Origin: an uncultured bacterium
GTDB lineage: Bacteria > Omnitrophota > Gorgyraeia > Ghiorseimicrobiales > Ghiorseimicrobiaceae
Assembly: GCA_913009335.1 (NCBI GenBank)
Contig: CAJVXN010000001.1
Coordinates: 2,844-66,843 of the forward strand
Length of the DNA: 64,000 bases
Direction of reading: 5' to 3'
Shown: positions 35,582-47,112 of the stretch, in pieces
How positions within the stretch are numbered: the first letter of the stretch is position 1
Layout: each line of letters opens with the position of its first letter
Notes under the pieces: model-generated
What the model saw: only the letters and a program-made list of their open reading frames with translations
Databases searched by the model: none
Told to the model about the DNA's origin: nothing
Translations under genes and position numbers: made by a program

Positions 35582-36214
35582 TCAAGAATGTGACTGAATC
35601 AAACTTTTTAAATCCAATGGTAAAGCAGAATAAAAACTTAACTTTTTTTTAGTTACCGGATGAAAAAATTCCAGGCGGCTTGCATGAAGAGCCGTGCGCT
35701 TAAATTTAATCTTAAAATCACGCCTATAGGCAAAACGCCGCTCCCCTAATAAAGGATGCCCAATCTGCTTAAAATGAATCCTTATCTGATTAGTCCTGCC
35801 CGTCTTAGGCAAAACATGCACTTGAGCAAAATCCTTAAACTGATTTATCACGCAATAGTGAGTTTCGGCAAGCCTTAAAGGATCTCGCAGATCACGCCTA
35901 ATATAGCTTTTAATCTCTCCGGTTTTCTTAGGTACCCCGCGCACAAATGCAATATACTCTTTTTTTACTTTTCTCTTACGGAAATCATCCATCACTGCCT
36001 GCTGGATTTTTTTACTCTTCGCATAGATAATAAGGCCCGAAGTATCCCTATCCAGGCGATGACACGGATAAAGCCTTATATTTTTTTTGTTTAAATTCTT
36101 ATTTAGAATAGAGGTGAGTGTATTTTTTTCTTTCCTAGGAGTAGGTACGGTAAGAAGTCCGGAAGGTTTATCTATAACTAAAATGTAATCGTCTTCGTAG
36201 ATAGTTTGAATCAT
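35582..36214 (-). CDS. RluA-family pseudouridine synthase
   Basis: HRLDRDTSGLIIYAK catalytic-Asp motif. 210 aa. Confidence 0.8.
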   Translation of the reverse strand: MIQTIYEDDYILVIDKPSGLLTVPTPRKEKNTLTSILNKNLNKKNIRLYPCHRLDRDTSGLIIYAKSKKIQQAVMDDFRKRKVKKEYIAFVRGVPKKTGEIKSYIRRDLRDPLRLAETHYCVINQFKDFAQVHVLPKTGRTNQIRIHFKQIGHPLLGERRFAYRRDFKIKFKRTALHASRLEFFHPVTKKKLSFYSALPLDLKSLIQSHS

Positions 36215-36504
36215 TATTTAACTAATAAAAAATAATACAGGCTTTATACATAAACACCTTAGGAATTTTTTGCCCATTTTAGATAAGTAAAAACAGTCTT
36301 ATGTTTTTAAACGAACTTGCAATTTAGTCAGGAGTCGCAGGTCTTTTAAGGAATACTTCTTGGATGAAAAAGACAAGAAAGACGCCAGCCGCATGTTTGA
36401 CCCCGACGGTACCGTCGGGGGAGTTCGGTGGCGCTTAAAATACCGAGAAACTGACGTGAAAAATTGCAACTTGAGCGAAAAAATATAAGACTGTTTTATC
36501 GAAA

Positions 36505-38616
36505 TTACTTAACTAAGCTATTAGCTACAACAAACGAAGCAAAAACGATAGAAACCATAGACATTAATTTTATTAGAATATTTAATGACGGACCGGATGT
36601 ATCCTTAAAAGGGTCTCCTACTGTATCTCCCACCACAGTTGCCTTATGCTCAAAGGATCCCTTACCTCCGCATTCTTTACATTCTCCGCCTTCAATATAT
36701 TTTTTGGCGTTATCCCATGCTCCTCCGGAATTCGCCATCATAATTGCCAAAACAAAACCGCAGACTAAGGATCCGACAAGAAGTCCTACCTCTGCTTCAA
36801 TACCGATAAAAATACCGACAATAATCGGAGCAGATATCGCAAGAAGTGCAGGCAAGATCATTTCTTTCTGAGCGGCTGCCGTTACGATATCAACGCATCT
36901 TGCGTAATCAGGTTTGGCCTTACCTTCCATCAAACCCTTAATTTCCTTAAACTGACGCCTAACCTCCATGACAACTTTACTGGCTGCCCGACCAACTGCT
37001 CCCATAGTAAGCGCTGAAAATAAAAACGGCAGCATTCCTCCTATAAATAACCCACAGATAATCCGCGGATTCATAAGCGATAAATCCATTTCTTTGCCCA
37101 ATATGCCAATTTGTTCTTTATAAGCTGCGATTAGCGCAAGAGCAGTTAAAGCAGCTGAGCCAATAGCAAAACCTTTACCGGTTGCAGCCGTTGTATTACC
37201 TAATGAATCCAAAGCATCCGTTCTTTTTCGTACTTCTTTACCTAATCCGGACATCTCAGCATTTCCTCCGGCATTATCAGCCACGGGTCCATAAGCATCT
37301 GTGGCAAGAGTTATACCTAACGTAGAAAGCATGCCTACTGCCGCGATACCCACACCATAAATGCCCATATTAAAATTAGATGCCCCTCCTGATAAATAAA
37401 AACTAAGAAGAATTGCTATAACTACAACAATAATAGGAATAGCCGTCGAAAGCATACCCACACCGAGCCCGCTTATAATAACAGTTGCCGGGCCGGTTTT
37501 CGCGCTAAGGCAAATTGAACGGGTTGGAGAATACTTAGCGGATGTAAAAAATTCCGTAGATAACCCAATTAAAAGACCGGTAACAAGACCGGATAAAACA
37601 GCCCAATAGACACCCATATATTCAACACCTAAGGTAAATTTAATAATAAAATAGGATACAACTGCCATAATAAATGCCGCAGAAAATACACCCCTTCTCA
37701 GCGCCCAAAGAAGAGTCCCCTGGTCTGCTTTCTCTCCGGAGCGCACAAAGAAAGTACCGATAATTGAAGCGACTACACCGACTGAGGCCATAACCAAGGG
37801 AATTGTAACACCCTTTATGCCTAAGCCCGCAGCCACTGCTAAAGCCATTGTCGCAACTATTGAACCTACATAAGACTCATATAAATCCGCACCCATACCT
37901 GCGACATCTCCAACATTGTCTCCTACATTATCCGCAATAACCGCGGGATTCCTAGGGTCATCTTCAGGTATACCGGCTTCGATTTTTCCTACTAAATCCG
38001 CTCCCACATCCGCAGCCTTAGTAAATATACCCCCACCTACTCTGGCAAAGAGAGCTTGCGCGCTCGCGCCCATACCAAAACATAGCATAGTCGAAGTAAT
38101 TACCCCTATTTTATCTACCCCTATTGGTAAAGGATTTTTAGTATAATACCAATCAAGTAAAAAATACCATATACTCAAATCCAAGAGCCCTAACCCAACA
38201 ACTACCAAACCCATAACAGCCCCGGATGAAAATGCAACTGTCAATCCGCTATTTAAACTTTTCTCTGCTGCGCATGCGGTGCGGGCACTGGAATTTGTAG
38301 ATACCATCATGCCGATATATCCAGCAAGCGCGGAAAAAAATCCTCCGGTTAAAAAAGCAAAAGGAACAAAAACCGGAAGATAATCATTTAAGGAAAGTGC
38401 CAGTAAAATTAAAAATACGACACCGAAAAACAAAGACACGCCTAAATATTGACGCTTAATGTATGCTTTTGCGCCTACTTTTACGGCATTGGCAATCTCC
38501 CGCATTTTTTCAGTGCCTTCACTAAATCTAAAAATTCTAAACGAAAGGTATGCGGCAAATAATAATGCTAATGCCGAACCTATTGGCGCAAGATACAAAA
38601 TATTAAGCTTAAACAT
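36505..38616 (-). CDS. hppA: Membrane-bound proton/sodium-translocating pyrophosphatase
   Basis: [22 protein letters not shown] and other PPase signatures. About 16 TM helices. 703 aa. Confidence 0.9.
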   Translation of the reverse strand: MFKLNILYLAPIGSALALLFAAYLSFRIFRFSEGTEKMREIANAVKVGAKAYIKRQYLGVSLFFGVVFLILLALSLNDYLPVFVPFAFLTGGFFSALAGYIGMMVSTNSSARTACAAEKSLNSGLTVAFSSGAVMGLVVVGLGLLDLSIWYFLLDWYYTKNPLPIGVDKIGVITSTMLCFGMGASAQALFARVGGGIFTKAADVGADLVGKIEAGIPEDDPRNPAVIADNVGDNVGDVAGMGADLYESYVGSIVATMALAVAAGLGIKGVTIPLVMASVGVVASIIGTFFVRSGEKADQGTLLWALRRGVFSAAFIMAVVSYFIIKFTLGVEYMGVYWAVLSGLVTGLLIGLSTEFFTSAKYSPTRSICLSAKTGPATVIISGLGVGMLSTAIPIIVVVIAILLSFYLSGGASNFNMGIYGVGIAAVGMLSTLGITLATDAYGPVADNAGGNAEMSGLGKEVRKRTDALDSLGNTTAATGKGFAIGSAALTALALIAAYKEQIGILGKEMDLSLMNPRIICGLFIGGMLPFLFSALTMGAVGRAASKVVMEVRRQFKEIKGLMEGKAKPDYARCVDIVTAAAQKEMILPALLAISAPIIVGIFIGIEAEVGLLVGSLVCGFVLAIMMANSGGAWDNAKKYIEGGECKECGGKGSFEHKATVVGDTVGDPFKDTSGPSLNILIKLMSMVSIVFASFVVANSLVK

Positions 38617-38640
38617 CTATTTTTCCTCGTAAGCTTTCTA

Positions 38641-38678
38641 TAAAAATCCCGTCCGCCAGCGATCCTTGACGGACGGGG
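38641..38678 (-). terminator. Rho-independent terminator downstream of the 38705-39421 gene
   Basis: Stem cccgtccg/cggacggg (8 bp), followed on the minus strand by AUUUUUA. Confidence 0.6.
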
Positions 38679-38704
38679 TGAATATTAAACCAATTAATTT
38701 TTAC

Positions 38705-39421
38705 TTATTTTTTCTTTAATTTCTCAACTGCTTCTGTTACCATTTCACCTACTAAATCCTTACAACCTAAACCAAACGCCAAAGCAAGCCCCAAACCTAA
38801 AGCTGCAAGAATAATAGTTATCAAGGTGTTAATAACCGCAGCTCCAATATTAAGCTGCTCCAAAGCAATAACTGATGCAAGAACAATAATAATAACTTCA
38901 ACTATTTTAGCCAGTAGTTTTGCTTGGTCAATTCCAGCGTTAGCTGCGGCTGTTTGAACTGTCGCAGATAAAAAAGTTGCCACAAACATACCTAACGCTA
39001 ATACGATTATAGCAATAATAACATTCGGTATATAAAGTATAATTTGATTCAGTAGATCTGCTGCCATAGTTAGGCCCACGGAATTTACAGCCACTACTAC
39101 CACAATAAGTAAAACCAGCCAATAACATATTGCGCCTATTAATTCGGCCAGTGTAAACTTAATTCCGCCTCTAGCTAAAAAAGAGTTTGCCCCGATTTGA
39201 TCGGCAATTGAATCAATCTTAATAAGCTTAAGCAGCCTAGTAATTAGACGCTGGATAAACTTTGCGATAAGCCAGCCGATAACAAGAATAATAATTACCA
39301 GGACAAGATTACCTAACAATACACCAATGCGGCTAAGTAAATTACTTATGGGTTCGAACAAAACCGTTCTCCACATAATACTCCTCCTTTCAATGAACGC
39401 ATAACTTACGAACATAAACAT
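38705..39421 (-). CDS. Integral membrane protein with conserved TM-helix repeats (mechanosensitive-channel-associated type). The start is probably the internal Met (MWRTVL).
   Basis: A highly hydrophobic multi-helix protein with a short charged C-terminus. No catalytic motifs. Confidence 0.35.
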   Translation of the reverse strand: MFMFVSYAFIERRSIMWRTVLFEPISNLLSRIGVLLGNLVLVIIILVIGWLIAKFIQRLITRLLKLIKIDSIADQIGANSFLARGGIKFTLAELIGAICYWLVLLIVVVVAVNSVGLTMAADLLNQIILYIPNVIIAIIVLALGMFVATFLSATVQTAAANAGIDQAKLLAKIVEVIIIVLASVIALEQLNIGAAVINTLITIILAALGLGLALAFGLGCKDLVGEMVTEAVEKLKKK

Positions 39422-39498
39422 GTGAGTAAGTTATATGCGTGAATTGATCCCGCCAACGGCGGGATACATTCCATTCAGTAACAGCACATAATAACGAA

Positions 39499-41115
<1,617 letters not shown>

Positions 41116-41181
41116 TTAAAATATCATACATGCAAACAAGTGTCAACACATTTTGCATATATTAGAGCAAATTTTATTTTT

Positions 41182-42879
41182 TTAAGTCTTTTTCTTCTCA
41201 ATCCGTATAAGAGTATCCACGATTTTTTTATCAAAATGCGCGCCCGCTTCTTCTTTTAATATTTGAAATGCTTTTTTCTTCGAAAATGCTTTTCGATAGG
41301 GCCTATCAGATGTAAGAGCCTGATATGCATCGGCGATTGCAATAATGCGGGCACACAACGGGATCTCTCCGTTTTTAAGATGTGACGGGTAACCCATCCC
41401 ATCCAATCTCTCGTGGTGATGAAGAACTATAGGCACAACGTCTTTTAAAAAATGTACGGCACGAATAATCTCGGCCCCTATCTGAGGATGTGTCTTAATT
41501 ATTTTGTATTCTTCGGGAGTAAGCTTACCTTTTTTTCGCAGTATCTCATCACTTATGCCGATTTTACCTATATCATGCAAAACAGCGGCCTTCTCCAGAT
41601 TATCTAAGATATTTTTATTTAATCCTATTTTTTTACCTATATCTGAAGCAATGGCGATCATTCTATCTGCATGCTCGGCCGTATAATAATCTCTCGCCTC
41701 AAGAGACTTAGAAAAAGCATACATCGACTCAAGTACCGCCTGATCAACCCGTTGCCCTAATTTTGTTATTTTCCTCTTAAGAATCTCTACTTCTTCCTTG
41801 TAATTTATCTTCCCGGATCTTTTCTTCTTATCTTTATATAGAGCACTAAAAACTGCTGTACGATTTCCTCCAGTCTCTTTAGCACGTTGCAGCGCCTTAT
41901 CTGCGGCATCAAATATTTCCTTTGTCTCGGTCAATTTACTCTCTCGGGAAAATTCTGATATACCAATACTGACTCTAATCTTAATAGATACATTACCTAT
42001 TTTAAAAATATGTTTATTTACTTGCTCTATTATTCTATTGGCGGTATTTAAAGCATTTCTTTTAGTAGCCTGCGGCATAACAACAACAAACTCTTCTCCG
42101 CCGTATCTTGTTAAAGTATCGCTCTTACGCAGGAGATTCTTAATGAAACCGGAAAGCTCCAATAGAACCCTATCTCCGATCTGATGCCCATATACATCAT
42201 TTATAGATTTAAAATAATCAATATCAATAATCAAAAGCGAAAGGGAAAAATAATGCCTTTTGCAAAGTTCAATTTCGGCTGATAATCTATCCATAAGATA
42301 GCGATAATTATAAAGTCCCGTGTGAGGATCCCGCAGCGTTAGCTCTTTTAATCTCTGCATATACCGCCTGCTCTCATCCTCTATTTTTCTACTCTCTGTA
42401 ATATCCCTTGAAATATGAACAATGGCTTTTATTTTTTTCCTGCTATCAAATACGGGATAGGTAATTACTTCTGAAAAATAAGGCTTACCCTTTCCATCAT
42501 AATGTGTATGCTCAGCCCTGGCAACTTCACCGGTTTTAATAGTTTCCTGCATCGGGCATGTATCCTTCGGAGGCATACATGGTGAGCTTCTTTTATGGGT
42601 GATTTCATAGCACTTTTTACCCCTGATATCTTTTAATGAAAACCCTTCCTTTTGTAGGTATTTCTTGTTTGCGGTAAGTATTGAATAATCACAAGGATCT
42701 ATAACTATTAATATATCAGATATGACATCGATGATATCGCGGAAAAGCGCCCTATCAAGCTCCATATCGAGCTCATTAGACTTACCAGCATTAATCGCAA
42801 ATCCATAACCGTTTGCGGCCAATGAAGTCTTTTTCTTGCATTGTTTAACTTTTTTATTTTTGGTTTGCTTTTTTTTCAT
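41182..42879 (-). CDS. PAS-GGDEF-HD-GYP signalling protein (c-di-GMP cyclase/phosphodiesterase)
   Basis: RYGGEEF (GGDEF). HD...HHHERLDGMGYP (HD-GYP). The N-terminal PAS-like region carries several Cys (CYEITHKRSSPCMPPKDTCPMQ). Confidence 0.8.
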   Translation of the reverse strand: MKKKQTKNKKVKQCKKKTSLAANGYGFAINAGKSNELDMELDRALFRDIIDVISDILIVIDPCDYSILTANKKYLQKEGFSLKDIRGKKCYEITHKRSSPCMPPKDTCPMQETIKTGEVARAEHTHYDGKGKPYFSEVITYPVFDSRKKIKAIVHISRDITESRKIEDESRRYMQRLKELTLRDPHTGLYNYRYLMDRLSAEIELCKRHYFSLSLLIIDIDYFKSINDVYGHQIGDRVLLELSGFIKNLLRKSDTLTRYGGEEFVVVMPQATKRNALNTANRIIEQVNKHIFKIGNVSIKIRVSIGISEFSRESKLTETKEIFDAADKALQRAKETGGNRTAVFSALYKDKKKRSGKINYKEEVEILKRKITKLGQRVDQAVLESMYAFSKSLEARDYYTAEHADRMIAIASDIGKKIGLNKNILDNLEKAAVLHDIGKIGISDEILRKKGKLTPEEYKIIKTHPQIGAEIIRAVHFLKDVVPIVLHHHERLDGMGYPSHLKNGEIPLCARIIAIADAYQALTSDRPYRKAFSKKKAFQILKEEAGAHFDKKIVDTLIRIEKKKT

Positions 42880-42897
42880 AATAAAATAGATTGCGCC

Positions 42898-43086
42898 TTA
42901 CGGATGATTAAGCCTGAACCATTCACACGTAAAACACTTCTTAATACCTTGTTTATTCACTCTCCCGCAGTATCCAGAAGCAACATGCCAGCAAGGCTGT
43001 CCGGACTTAAAAGCAGGACAGCTATTCCTCGTCTCCAGACTACACTGCCAATACTCCCAGCATTTCTTTGCATCTTTATTAGGCAC
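42898..43086 (-). CDS. Small Cys-rich protein (62 aa), paralog of 53203-53463
   Basis: CWEYWQC...CPAFK...PCW...C...C..C. Cys spacing and the CWE, CPA(F/Y)K and PCW motifs are conserved with the second copy despite divergent DNA. Confidence 0.5.
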   Translation of the reverse strand: MPNKDAKKCWEYWQCSLETRNSCPAFKSGQPCWHVASGYCGRVNKQGIKKCFTCEWFRLNHP

Positions 43087-44672
43087 TATTTCTTAACTAT
43101 CCTCTTGGGAATCTTAAAAACAAACTTGCTGCCCTTACCAATCTCCGACTCTACCCAAACTTCACCTTTATGTGCCTGGACGATAGCCTTAACAACAGAC
43201 AAGCCTAAACCTGTTCCACCTTTCTGACGTGCCTGCTTATCGTATATCTGTTTAAACTTATCAAATATATCCGCTTTTGCATCATCGGAAATTCCCGGAC
43301 CAGTGTCGCTTACTGAACACTCCAGAAAATCTTTTTTTTCTTCAACTTCAATCTTAATCTCTCCGCCCTCAGGTGTAAATTTAACAGCATTAGAGACAAG
43401 GTTTATCATAACCTGTTCTACTTTATTAAAATCAGCGGAAATCTTCAATAAACCTTTAGGCAGTAAAGAACTTACCTTTATCTTTTTCTGTTTAATTAAA
43501 ACTTCAAAATCACTCAGGCAGCGCTGTATAATACTCCCCACATCAACATCTTCAATAGTTAATTCATATAGACCGGATTCAAATTTAGATAAATCCAAAA
43601 GATCGCTTGTTAAATCCAATAAACGATCAGAAGTATTTTTGATTATTTCAAGACATTCTCTCTGGGGCTTATTTATTTCTCCTACTACACCATCTAAAAC
43701 ATTTCCCGCGCTTGCTTTAATTATACTTAAAGGGGTCTTTAATTCATGCGTTGCCATAGAAATAAAATCTGCTTTTATCTGTTCAGCTTCTTTGATTTTA
43801 GTAATATCTTTTAGTACGCAGACAGCACCAACTAATTTTCGCTCATCATCTCTCAATAAAGATACGCTAAGTAAAGCGGACATTATTCCATTACGCCTAC
43901 GTTGAGCAAACTTAAACTCAACTTCCACATCAATAGCATCTTTACCCGATGTAAATACGTCATAAAAATAACATGCATCCTTACATAATGACCCCGAAAA
44001 AACATCGCAGCATTTCTTTCCCAATGCGTTTTTTACCGGTATAGTTGTCATCTGCGCCATAATCGGATTATAAGAAGTAATCGTCCTTTCTTCATCAACA
44101 ACCACTAAACCTTCAGCAAGACTAGATAGTATAGTTTCAACTTTTAATCTTTCTAGTGTCGAGCTGTAAAGATGCTTGTCGAGTAATGCTGAAAGTTTGG
44201 ATAAAATCTCAATAGGATCAGAAAGAGAAACCCCCGGAATATCAACATCACTTTTGATTTTACTGTATCTTGCGACAAACTTCTTAACTGTCTTAAGAAT
44301 AGTCTTGGGAGTATTGAAATCTTTAACCATAAACTCATCCGCACCCGTCTCAAGACTCCAAAATTTTTCAGTTTTTCCTTCCGCGCTCGTTAAAATTATT
44401 ACGGGTATATCACAAACACTTACATCATCCTTAAGCAAGCGGCAGACCTGATAACCGTTAACTTTCGGCATAAATATATCCAGGAGTATAGTATCCGGAC
44501 GCTCTAAATACGCCGCCTCTATTGCTTCAATACCGTTTGAAGCGGTCAGCGTAACATATCCGGCGCCCTGCAAAATAGAACTCAACATGTTTCTTACTGT
44601 AGGACTATCATCGGCGATTAAAATTTTACTTTGACTCATTTCGGTCTCACCGTCTCGATATTTTTCTTGCAT
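43086..44672 (-). CDS. Hybrid sensor kinase: N-terminal receiver + PAS-like + HisKA + HATPase
   Basis: REC (ILIADDSPTVRN...ILLDIFMP). HisKA (ATHELKTPLS). HATPase (GGTGLGLSVVK). Confidence 0.8.
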   Translation of the reverse strand: MQEKYRDGETEMSQSKILIADDSPTVRNMLSSILQGAGYVTLTASNGIEAIEAAYLERPDTILLDIFMPKVNGYQVCRLLKDDVSVCDIPVIILTSAEGKTEKFWSLETGADEFMVKDFNTPKTILKTVKKFVARYSKIKSDVDIPGVSLSDPIEILSKLSALLDKHLYSSTLERLKVETILSSLAEGLVVVDEERTITSYNPIMAQMTTIPVKNALGKKCCDVFSGSLCKDACYFYDVFTSGKDAIDVEVEFKFAQRRRNGIMSALLSVSLLRDDERKLVGAVCVLKDITKIKEAEQIKADFISMATHELKTPLSIIKASAGNVLDGVVGEINKPQRECLEIIKNTSDRLLDLTSDLLDLSKFESGLYELTIEDVDVGSIIQRCLSDFEVLIKQKKIKVSSLLPKGLLKISADFNKVEQVMINLVSNAVKFTPEGGEIKIEVEEKKDFLECSVSDTGPGISDDAKADIFDKFKQIYDKQARQKGGTGLGLSVVKAIVQAHKGEVWVESEIGKGSKFVFKIPKRIVKK

Positions 44673-46180
44673 GCGGCAAGCAAAACTTCGGTTGTTACAT
44701 CCTCTGAAAATGTAATTATTTCATTTTTCGGTTTACTCTCAAGTATATTTATCGCGTTTTTAAATTCTCTTTTTGCTTCCGCATATTTACCCTGACAATA
44801 AAAAATGTTCGCAAGATTAAAATGCGCTAAAACTATTTTCCCATCAATATAGATTACCTTCTTAAACTCTTCTATTGCCATACTAAAATCCTCAAGTTTG
44901 TTGCTAAGAACCCCCATTAGATAATAGGCCTCTATAAAAAGATTATCTGCTTTAATAATTTTTTTTAATTCTATTACTGCCTCTTTATATTTTCCCTGAT
45001 TAGAAAGTATCGTTGCCTTAGCAAAATAAGCCTTAAGAAAATTAGGGTCAGAATTAATAACTCCATTAAATACCTCTAAAGCCTTATCGTGCTCTTTCTG
45101 ATTAAACAACTCAATCCCCTCTTGATAACGGGCCTTCATTGCTTCATGGGATAACTTTTCTTTTTTTGCCACTATTTCTTCTATATCAATAAGAAGATCT
45201 TCGTCTTCATCCGTAGAAATAGAGCCCAGGTCAAGTTCCGGTATGTTGATAAAAGGTTTTTCTGTTTCATATACAGGAACATCTGTAAGTTGTTTTTTAT
45301 ATACGAAAACATGGGGGAATTCTATTGATTTAAATTTAGTTGATATCTGCCATAAGCTTTCAGCCGGACCAATAAACAACGAACCCTGATCGTTTACAGA
45401 TTCATAAAATTTATCGATAATCCGCTTTGTAGTCTCGAGGTCAAAATAAATAAGTACATTTCGGCAAAATATAACATCCACACCCTTCATATATTCTATA
45501 TTAATCGCGTCTTTTGCTAAATTGTGTTCCGTGAATCGAACTAATCTTTTAATCTCATCAGAAACTTCGTATTTATCGTCCCTTTGAATAAAATATTTAT
45601 CTAAAATAGCCGGGCCTAGATTTCGCAATGAACGCCCCTTGTAGAATCCCAGCTTAGCGCGAGAGATGCGTTCGCGATTAACATCTGTTGCCAGTATAGA
45701 TACTGTATGATAATTAGCCTCGGGCATAATCTCTAGGATTTTAATGGCTAAAGAATATGGCTCCTCACCGGTAGAGCATCCCGCGGACCAAATTTTTATA
45801 ACCGGATTATCCAAACCAAGAAAGTTATTCGCAGATACTCTTTTTAAAATATCATACTTACGGCGAATTATCTCCGGCAGGATAAATTCACTAAACACAT
45901 CAAGTTGCGCCGGAGTCCTAAAGAATTCTGTCTCCCCGATAGTTATCGATTCCAAGAGAAGGTGTAATTCAACACGCCCTTCAGAAGAAGAAACTATAAA
46001 ATTATAATATTCATCAAAAGAGGAAAAACTATTTTTAAGGAGCCTTTCCAGTAAAGACATGGCCAGGGAATCTTTTTGATCGTCGCTAAAATATATACCG
46101 CTTTCATCAAGGATAAGTTGACGAAAGAACTTAAAACTATCATTGCTTAAATTGTGACCATCTAAAGAAGATCTGCGCAT
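44636..46180 (-). CDS. cheR: Chemotaxis methyltransferase CheR with C-terminal TPR repeats
   Basis: CheR N-terminal and SAM-binding domains (IWSAGCSTGEEPYS). TPR region. 514 aa. The annotated start overlaps the upstream kinase, so a later Met is likely. Confidence 0.8.
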   Translation of the reverse strand: MRRSSLDGHNLSNDSFKFFRQLILDESGIYFSDDQKDSLAMSLLERLLKNSFSSFDEYYNFIVSSSEGRVELHLLLESITIGETEFFRTPAQLDVFSEFILPEIIRRKYDILKRVSANNFLGLDNPVIKIWSAGCSTGEEPYSLAIKILEIMPEANYHTVSILATDVNRERISRAKLGFYKGRSLRNLGPAILDKYFIQRDDKYEVSDEIKRLVRFTEHNLAKDAINIEYMKGVDVIFCRNVLIYFDLETTKRIIDKFYESVNDQGSLFIGPAESLWQISTKFKSIEFPHVFVYKKQLTDVPVYETEKPFINIPELDLGSISTDEDEDLLIDIEEIVAKKEKLSHEAMKARYQEGIELFNQKEHDKALEVFNGVINSDPNFLKAYFAKATILSNQGKYKEAVIELKKIIKADNLFIEAYYLMGVLSNKLEDFSMAIEEFKKVIYIDGKIVLAHFNLANIFYCQGKYAEAKREFKNAINILESKPKNEIITFSEDVTTEVLLAACKKNIETVRPK

Positions 46181-46251
46181 AACTTAAGGCCTAAAAATGT
46201 TATCGGATTAATCTTTTCTAACTATATAGAAAATAAAACAGAGAGCATCAC

Positions 46252-46614
46252 CTAAGGAAGCATACTATTAGCTGCTTCAATTATTTTTAAAGGGTCCGTA
46301 TCTTTAGTAATAAATTTATCTGCGCCGCACTCAAGCCCAAGATTTTTTGAATCACTATCTTGACGTCCGGTAAGCATTATGACTTTTATTTGCTTTAACT
46401 TTTCGTCCTTTTTAATCATTGTGCACACATGAAAACCGTCCATCTTCGGAAGCATTAAATCCAGAAGCATTAAATCCGGCATTTCTTTTCGCGCAAGAGT
46501 TAATGCATCTATACCGTTATCAGAAGTTATAATCTTACATTTATCCGACTCAAGCCCTTTCTTAAGAAGCGCAACTATGGTAGGACTGTCATCTACGATT
46601 AAAACCTTAGCCAT
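46252..46614 (-). CDS. cheY: Chemotaxis response regulator CheY
   Basis: 120 aa receiver. DDSPT...LMLLDLMLPKMDG...K. Confidence 0.8.
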   Translation of the reverse strand: MAKVLIVDDSPTIVALLKKGLESDKCKIITSDNGIDALTLARKEMPDLMLLDLMLPKMDGFHVCTMIKKDEKLKQIKVIMLTGRQDSDSKNLGLECGADKFITKDTDPLKIIEAANSMLP

Positions 46615-47101
46615 TTATCTTCCTCCTTCTTACCTGTAGTAAGTGTTTTATTTCTTTATCGCTTAATACAGATGCTAAATCAAGAACAATGGTCATTTTT
46701 TCATTAATTTTTGCAACACCTGCAATAACATCATTATTTATTTGAGAACTTACAACCTCCGGCGCATTTTCTAATTTTTGCTCATCTAAATCCACCACTT
46801 TAAGCACGCTGTCTACAATAATCCCCAATAACGCATCTTTAATACGTGTAATTATAATACGTGTATCTTTATTTATTTGGCGGCTATTTAAATCAAAATA
46901 TTTACGCAGATCAACAATCCCTATAATGTGACCCCGTAAATCTATAACCCCTTCGATAAATTCCGGTGTTTTAGGCACCGGAGAAATCTCGCGAAACATC
47001 AAAACTTCCCTTACGCACTTTACATCTACAGCAAAATGCTGCCCACTCAAAGTAAAAACAACTATGTTAATTTTCTTTTCATCTCTTATCAAATCACTCA
47101 T
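46607..47101 (-). CDS. cheW: Chemotaxis coupling protein CheW
   Basis: 164 aa CheW-like domain (FTLSGQHFAVDV). Confidence 0.8.
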   Translation of the reverse strand: MSDLIRDEKKINIVVFTLSGQHFAVDVKCVREVLMFREISPVPKTPEFIEGVIDLRGHIIGIVDLRKYFDLNSRQINKDTRIIITRIKDALLGIIVDSVLKVVDLDEQKLENAPEVVSSQINNDVIAGVAKINEKMTIVLDLASVLSDKEIKHLLQVRRRKING

Positions 47102-47112
47102 TACCTTTTGCC

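Noticed and set aside
36464-36871. Plus-strand 135-aa ORF
   Set aside because: It overlaps hppA antisense and has low-complexity, proline-rich, non-coding-like composition. It is most likely spurious.
38940-39128. 62-aa Cys-containing ORF inside the membrane-protein gene
   Set aside because: It is nested in another frame of 38705-39421. It does not share the CWE/CPA/PCW pattern of the two genuine small Cys-rich paralogs.
43303-43905. Plus-strand 200-aa ORF, and similar antisense ORFs (1101-1301, 3834-4088, 9262-9843, 13423-13623, 47600-48298, 50514-50816, 59809-60048 and others)
   Set aside because: All lie wholly inside strong minus-strand genes with clear family motifs. They are Ser/Leu/Pro-rich mirror translations typical of antisense frames in AT-rich DNA.
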